Below, in pieces: positions 40,036-64,000 of a stretch of DNA of 64,000 bases. Position 1 is the first letter of the stretch, and each line of letters opens with the position of its first letter. The translations under genes and the position numbers were made by a program. Origin of the DNA: Antedon mediterranea (Eukaryota > Animalia > Echinodermata); assembly GCF_964355755.1 (NCBI RefSeq), contig NC_092671.1:14818001-14882000 (forward strand). Reading direction: 5' to 3'. The notes under the pieces are model-generated. The model was given only the letters and a program-made list of their open reading frames with translations. It was not told the origin of the DNA and did no database searches.

Positions 40036-41276
40036 CAGTAAAACCCGTCAAAGGGGACACCTTCAGTATCCAATAAAAGTGTTCGCTTATTGGGATGTCC
40101 TGAATAGGGGCTCAAAGGGGACACCTTCAGTATCCAATAAAAGTGTTCGCTTATTGGGATGTCCTGAATAGGGGCTCAAAGGGGACACCTTCAGTATCCA
40201 ATAAAAGTGTTCGCTTATTGGGATGTCCTGAATAGGGTCTCAAAGGGGACACCTTCAGTATCCAATAAAAGTGTTCGCTTATTGGGATGTCCTGAATAGG
40301 GCTCAAAGGGGACACCTTCAGTATCCAATAAAAAGTGTTCGCTTATTGGGATGTCCTGAATAGGGGCTCAAAGGGGACACCTTCAGTATCCAATAAAAAG
40401 TGTTCGCTTATTGGGATGTCCTGAATAGGGGCTCAAAGGGGACACCTTCAGTATCCAATAAAAAGTGTTCGCTTATTGGGATGTCCTGAATAGGGGCTCA
40501 AAGGGGACACCTTCAGTATCCAATAAAAAGTGTTCGCTTATTGGGATGTCCTGAATAGGGGCTCAAAGGGAACACCTTCAGTATCCAATAAAAAGTGTTC
40601 GCTTATTGGGATGTCCTGAATAGGGGCTCAAAGGGGACACCTTCAGTATCCAATAAAAGTGTTCGCTTATTGGGATGTCCTGAATAGGGGCTCAAAGGGG
40701 ACACCTTCAGTATCCAATAAAAGTGTTCGCTTATTGGGATGTCCTGAATAGGGGCTCAAAGGGGACACCTTCACTATCCAATAAAAGTGTTCGCTTATTG
40801 GGATGTCCTGAATAGGGGCTCAAAGGGGACACCTTCAGTATCCAATAAAAGTGTTCGCTTATTGGGATGTCCTGAATAGGGGCTCAAAGGGGACACCTTC
40901 AGTATCCAATAAAAGTGTTCGCTTATTGGGATGTCCTGAATAGGGGCTCAAAGGGGACACCTTCAGTATCCAATAAAAGTGTTCGCTTATTGGGATGTCC
41001 TGAATAGGGGCTCAAAGGGGACACCTTCAGTATCCAATAAAAGTGTTCGCTTATTGGGATGTCCTGAATAGGGGCTCAAAGGGGACACCTTCAGTATCCA
41101 ATAAAAGTGTTCGCTTATTGGGATGTCCTGAATAGGGGCTCAAAGGGGACACCTTCAGTATCCAATAAAAGTGTTCGCTTTATTGGGATGTCCTGAATAG
41201 GGGCTCAAAGGGGACACCTTCAGTATCCAATAAAAGTGTTCCCTTTATTGGGATGTCCTGAATAGGGGTTCTACTT
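40036..41276. repeat. 64-bp tandem array (19 copies) inside Tc1/mariner-like MITE ends
   Basis: Unit CAAAGGGGACACCTTCAGTATCCAATAAAAGTGTTCGCTTATTGGGATGTCCTGAATAGGGGCT, near-identical copies from 40049. Flanked by TA-CAGTAAAACCC and GGGTTCTACTT-TA. Confidence 0.92.
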
Positions 41277-42943
41277 TAGAGTTAGAGAGCATGCATTTCC
41301 CGTCATTTGTTTTATGGGAAAGTGTCCCCAAACATGTCCTGGGAGTTGTTATTGGGCTTGTTAAATACTGTAAATACTGGGATTCTGGAATAACACAAAA
41401 TGAGACTTGTTTTAATCTATTGTATGATTTCTATTTTCAAGTACGTAGGCTGAAAAATTATATATTTTGTTATTTCTATATGAAAAAAATGTATAAAATT
41501 ATTTTATTATTACAAAATATACATAACATTATTTGCATAGATGTACAATTAATATAAATTAGTTTTAACATTAAGCTACAAAAAGCATAAGAACAAATTA
41601 ATACTAATACTAAAAAACAATAACAATACTTAATGTTAATAGAAAGATGCAGATAGAGGGGTGTTTTGGCCCATTTTTGTGTGTGAAATTACAATACATA
41701 CACAATATTATATCAGATTTACTCCCATTCCACCTGCTAATGTCCATGTCTCTATAGTCATAATACTGTACTAATTAATAACTACTATACATTACCATGC
41801 ATACAGCCAATTGGCCTTTTACATAACACAATTTTGTTAAAACCAATAATTAAAAAATAAATACGCTTAATATTAAGTTAAGTATAGAAACAATATAAAG
41901 TAGATTGATCTACAGAGTTAATATGTTGACACATATTATAACACTATATTTCAAGATAAATTTACTTGCACAATTACAATGATAGTGCACAGCACCATTT
42001 TGGAAATATAAGTATTTATATAAAAACAATTTTAAAATGTATAAAAATACAATCAAGTAAAAAATGTTATTGAAAAATGATTATTGAACAAAGGTGGGTT
42101 AAATTTGTCCTGATATTTAAAATGTACTCTTAAAATAATTGTTCACATCAGAGTTCAAGATTCTATTGAGAATCTGAAAGGCAAGCCTATCTGTTGCATT
42201 TCTTCATTTGTGTAGTCCAGAAAGAGAAAATGCCATCTTAAAAACCATATTTTGAACCATATTTTTAAAACAAAAATTATTCCTTTATAAATAGAAATGG
42301 GCCCAGAATTTTATCCTGGCTAATCAACTTAATCTAGTCCAGTCCACTAACTAATCAAAAAATAGATTTTAATCACATAATTATTACTACAGTATTATTC
42401 TAATAAAATAGAATATTACAAACCAGTTGTACCAAAATATATATTGCATATATAAATATGGATAGAAATATACAAATTTATTATAATACATTTTAAAATT
42501 ATTACAATTACGCTGAATGAAAGCCTCTATTGAAATGAAGTTTAAAAGTGTTTTGCCTAGTGGAAATCAGGCTTTGAGAGAGTCTTTGTTCTAAAATGCA
42601 TTGTGTTATACAGTACCATATCATAATAGTTCTGTAAATGCAACCACACTCATGTCCAAAATAAGATATCCTAACCTATTTTTAAATTATTTAATAAAGT
42701 TAATCTTACACTAATAAATGGAATAAAGGTATTTGTAAACTTGCATTTAAAATTGGTTTGTTTGTCGTTTAGTGTGCAAGCATTGTCACTGTCACAAAAT
42801 TCATTGTTACACTTGATTGTCCATTGAAACTTTAAGAGGTTTTATATTTATTGAATAAATTGGAAGACAAGACGGATTATTATAAAGTCGTTGGCCATTT
42901 CTTTTTACCCTTTTGAATGATAATGCAAAATGAAAATCTTTGT

Positions 42944-63009
<20,066 letters not shown>

Positions 63010-63371
63010 CTGTAAAAAAGAACAAACATCATACAATGACTAGTGAAATAATGGTAACTGTAGTTACGCCTAAAATATAAATATTTAAATATAGGTTGTG
63101 TGAAAAATGCCTCAACCACGATTTGTGTCTTCTGTTTGATATTGATCTTCTTCAGGGGTAGATTTAGGGTAAGGCATGAGGCACTCCTACTGTAGATGTT
63201 AAAAACAATTAAAAACCATCACAACCTACATGAGTACTGTATAGTAAAAACAAACTGATGTTGTAAATCTGCATCAGTTTTGTTGTAGTATTGTGTTTTC
63301 TATGGTTCTAGACTGAATTTCAACTTAATAATTGGTAACAAGATAAATATGTTTCATACATATAATAAAAG

Positions 63372-63549
63372 ACTCGCACTGATGAAGGGCTAGTGTTGCC
63401 CAAAAGCTCTGCTAATTTTTCTGGCTGTTTTACTTTATCATTTTGATTTAGCTTTTTGCTTTTTTTTGTATCTCCATTGAAATCAATCCAGCCACTGATA
63501 CTGTACCCACAGCATTGTCATTTTTTTCAGTAATTTGCCTTTGGATTTA
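63372..63549 (+). mobile_element. Same repeat, copy 3, hammerhead core mutated
   Basis: CTGATGAAGGGCTAGTGTTGCCCAAAAGCTCTGC: GAAA has become AAAA. Confidence 0.7.
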
Positions 63550-64000
63550 AAACTGCCCTTAAGATTTGACCTATAATTTATTACACTTTTATTATTTTAT
63601 TTTATTAATAATAACTATAACAATAATCTTTATAACAATAATTACAATAATTAAAAACAATAACTACTACAGTAGTAATGACTAAAATGTATGTGTTTAA
63701 ATTTTAAATGTAAATATGTACAGTATAATTATGTTTGTATGATGTAGTATGTTTAAGCAGATATTAGCCCTTGATGGCATTTGCAAGAATAAAGAAATTG
63801 AATTGAATTGAATTGAATAATAAAAGACAATAAATACAGACTGTTGCATTACTGTACATCATGTATTGTACCATACAGATAATCTGAAAGATGCTACGGT
63901 GTTACGGTATTCATTAATTCCAAATTTAAAACGATTAAATATAGTAAGATTATTGAAAAATAATATTAATAATCATAGTACCTGTACTTTATAGTCATTA

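Noticed and set aside
40049-41268. CRISPR-like appearance of the palindromic 64-bp array
   Set aside because: Units are head-to-tail with no unique spacers, there are no cas genes and the context is eukaryotic.
63010-64000. First (signal peptide) exon of the PTP
   Set aside because: No convincing ATG plus hydrophobic stretch plus donor was found; it probably lies beyond the window.

Overview
AT-rich, intron-containing animal genomic DNA, most likely an invertebrate deuterostome such as an echinoderm (inference). It is not prokaryotic and has no CRISPR array. Three spliced genes were reconstructed by hand with consistent exon phases: (1) cyclin D (+, 5 coding exons, 19315-26966, ~295 aa); (2) an MDM2/MDM4-family E3 ligase (+, 11 coding exons, 32525-37317, ~587 aa, probable non-coding exon 1 ending at 30288); (3) an R3-subtype (PTPRB/J/O-like) receptor tyrosine phosphatase (-, 63009-42944, first exon not identified) with 17 one-exon FN3 repeats, several recently duplicated. 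Notable observations: a perfect zero-spacer p53 response element in MDM2 intron 1; a nested pair of long-TIR transposons in the same intron; three copies of a repeat with a minimal hammerhead-ribozyme core, the intact one sense inside an MDM2 intron; a duplicated, probably mutually exclusive exon pair in the phosphatase; a 64-bp satellite amplified inside a MITE; several MITEs with clear target-site duplications; and a possible divergent minus-strand gene whose first exon ends in ATG at ~15690. All coordinates were read by eye and may be off by a few bases.
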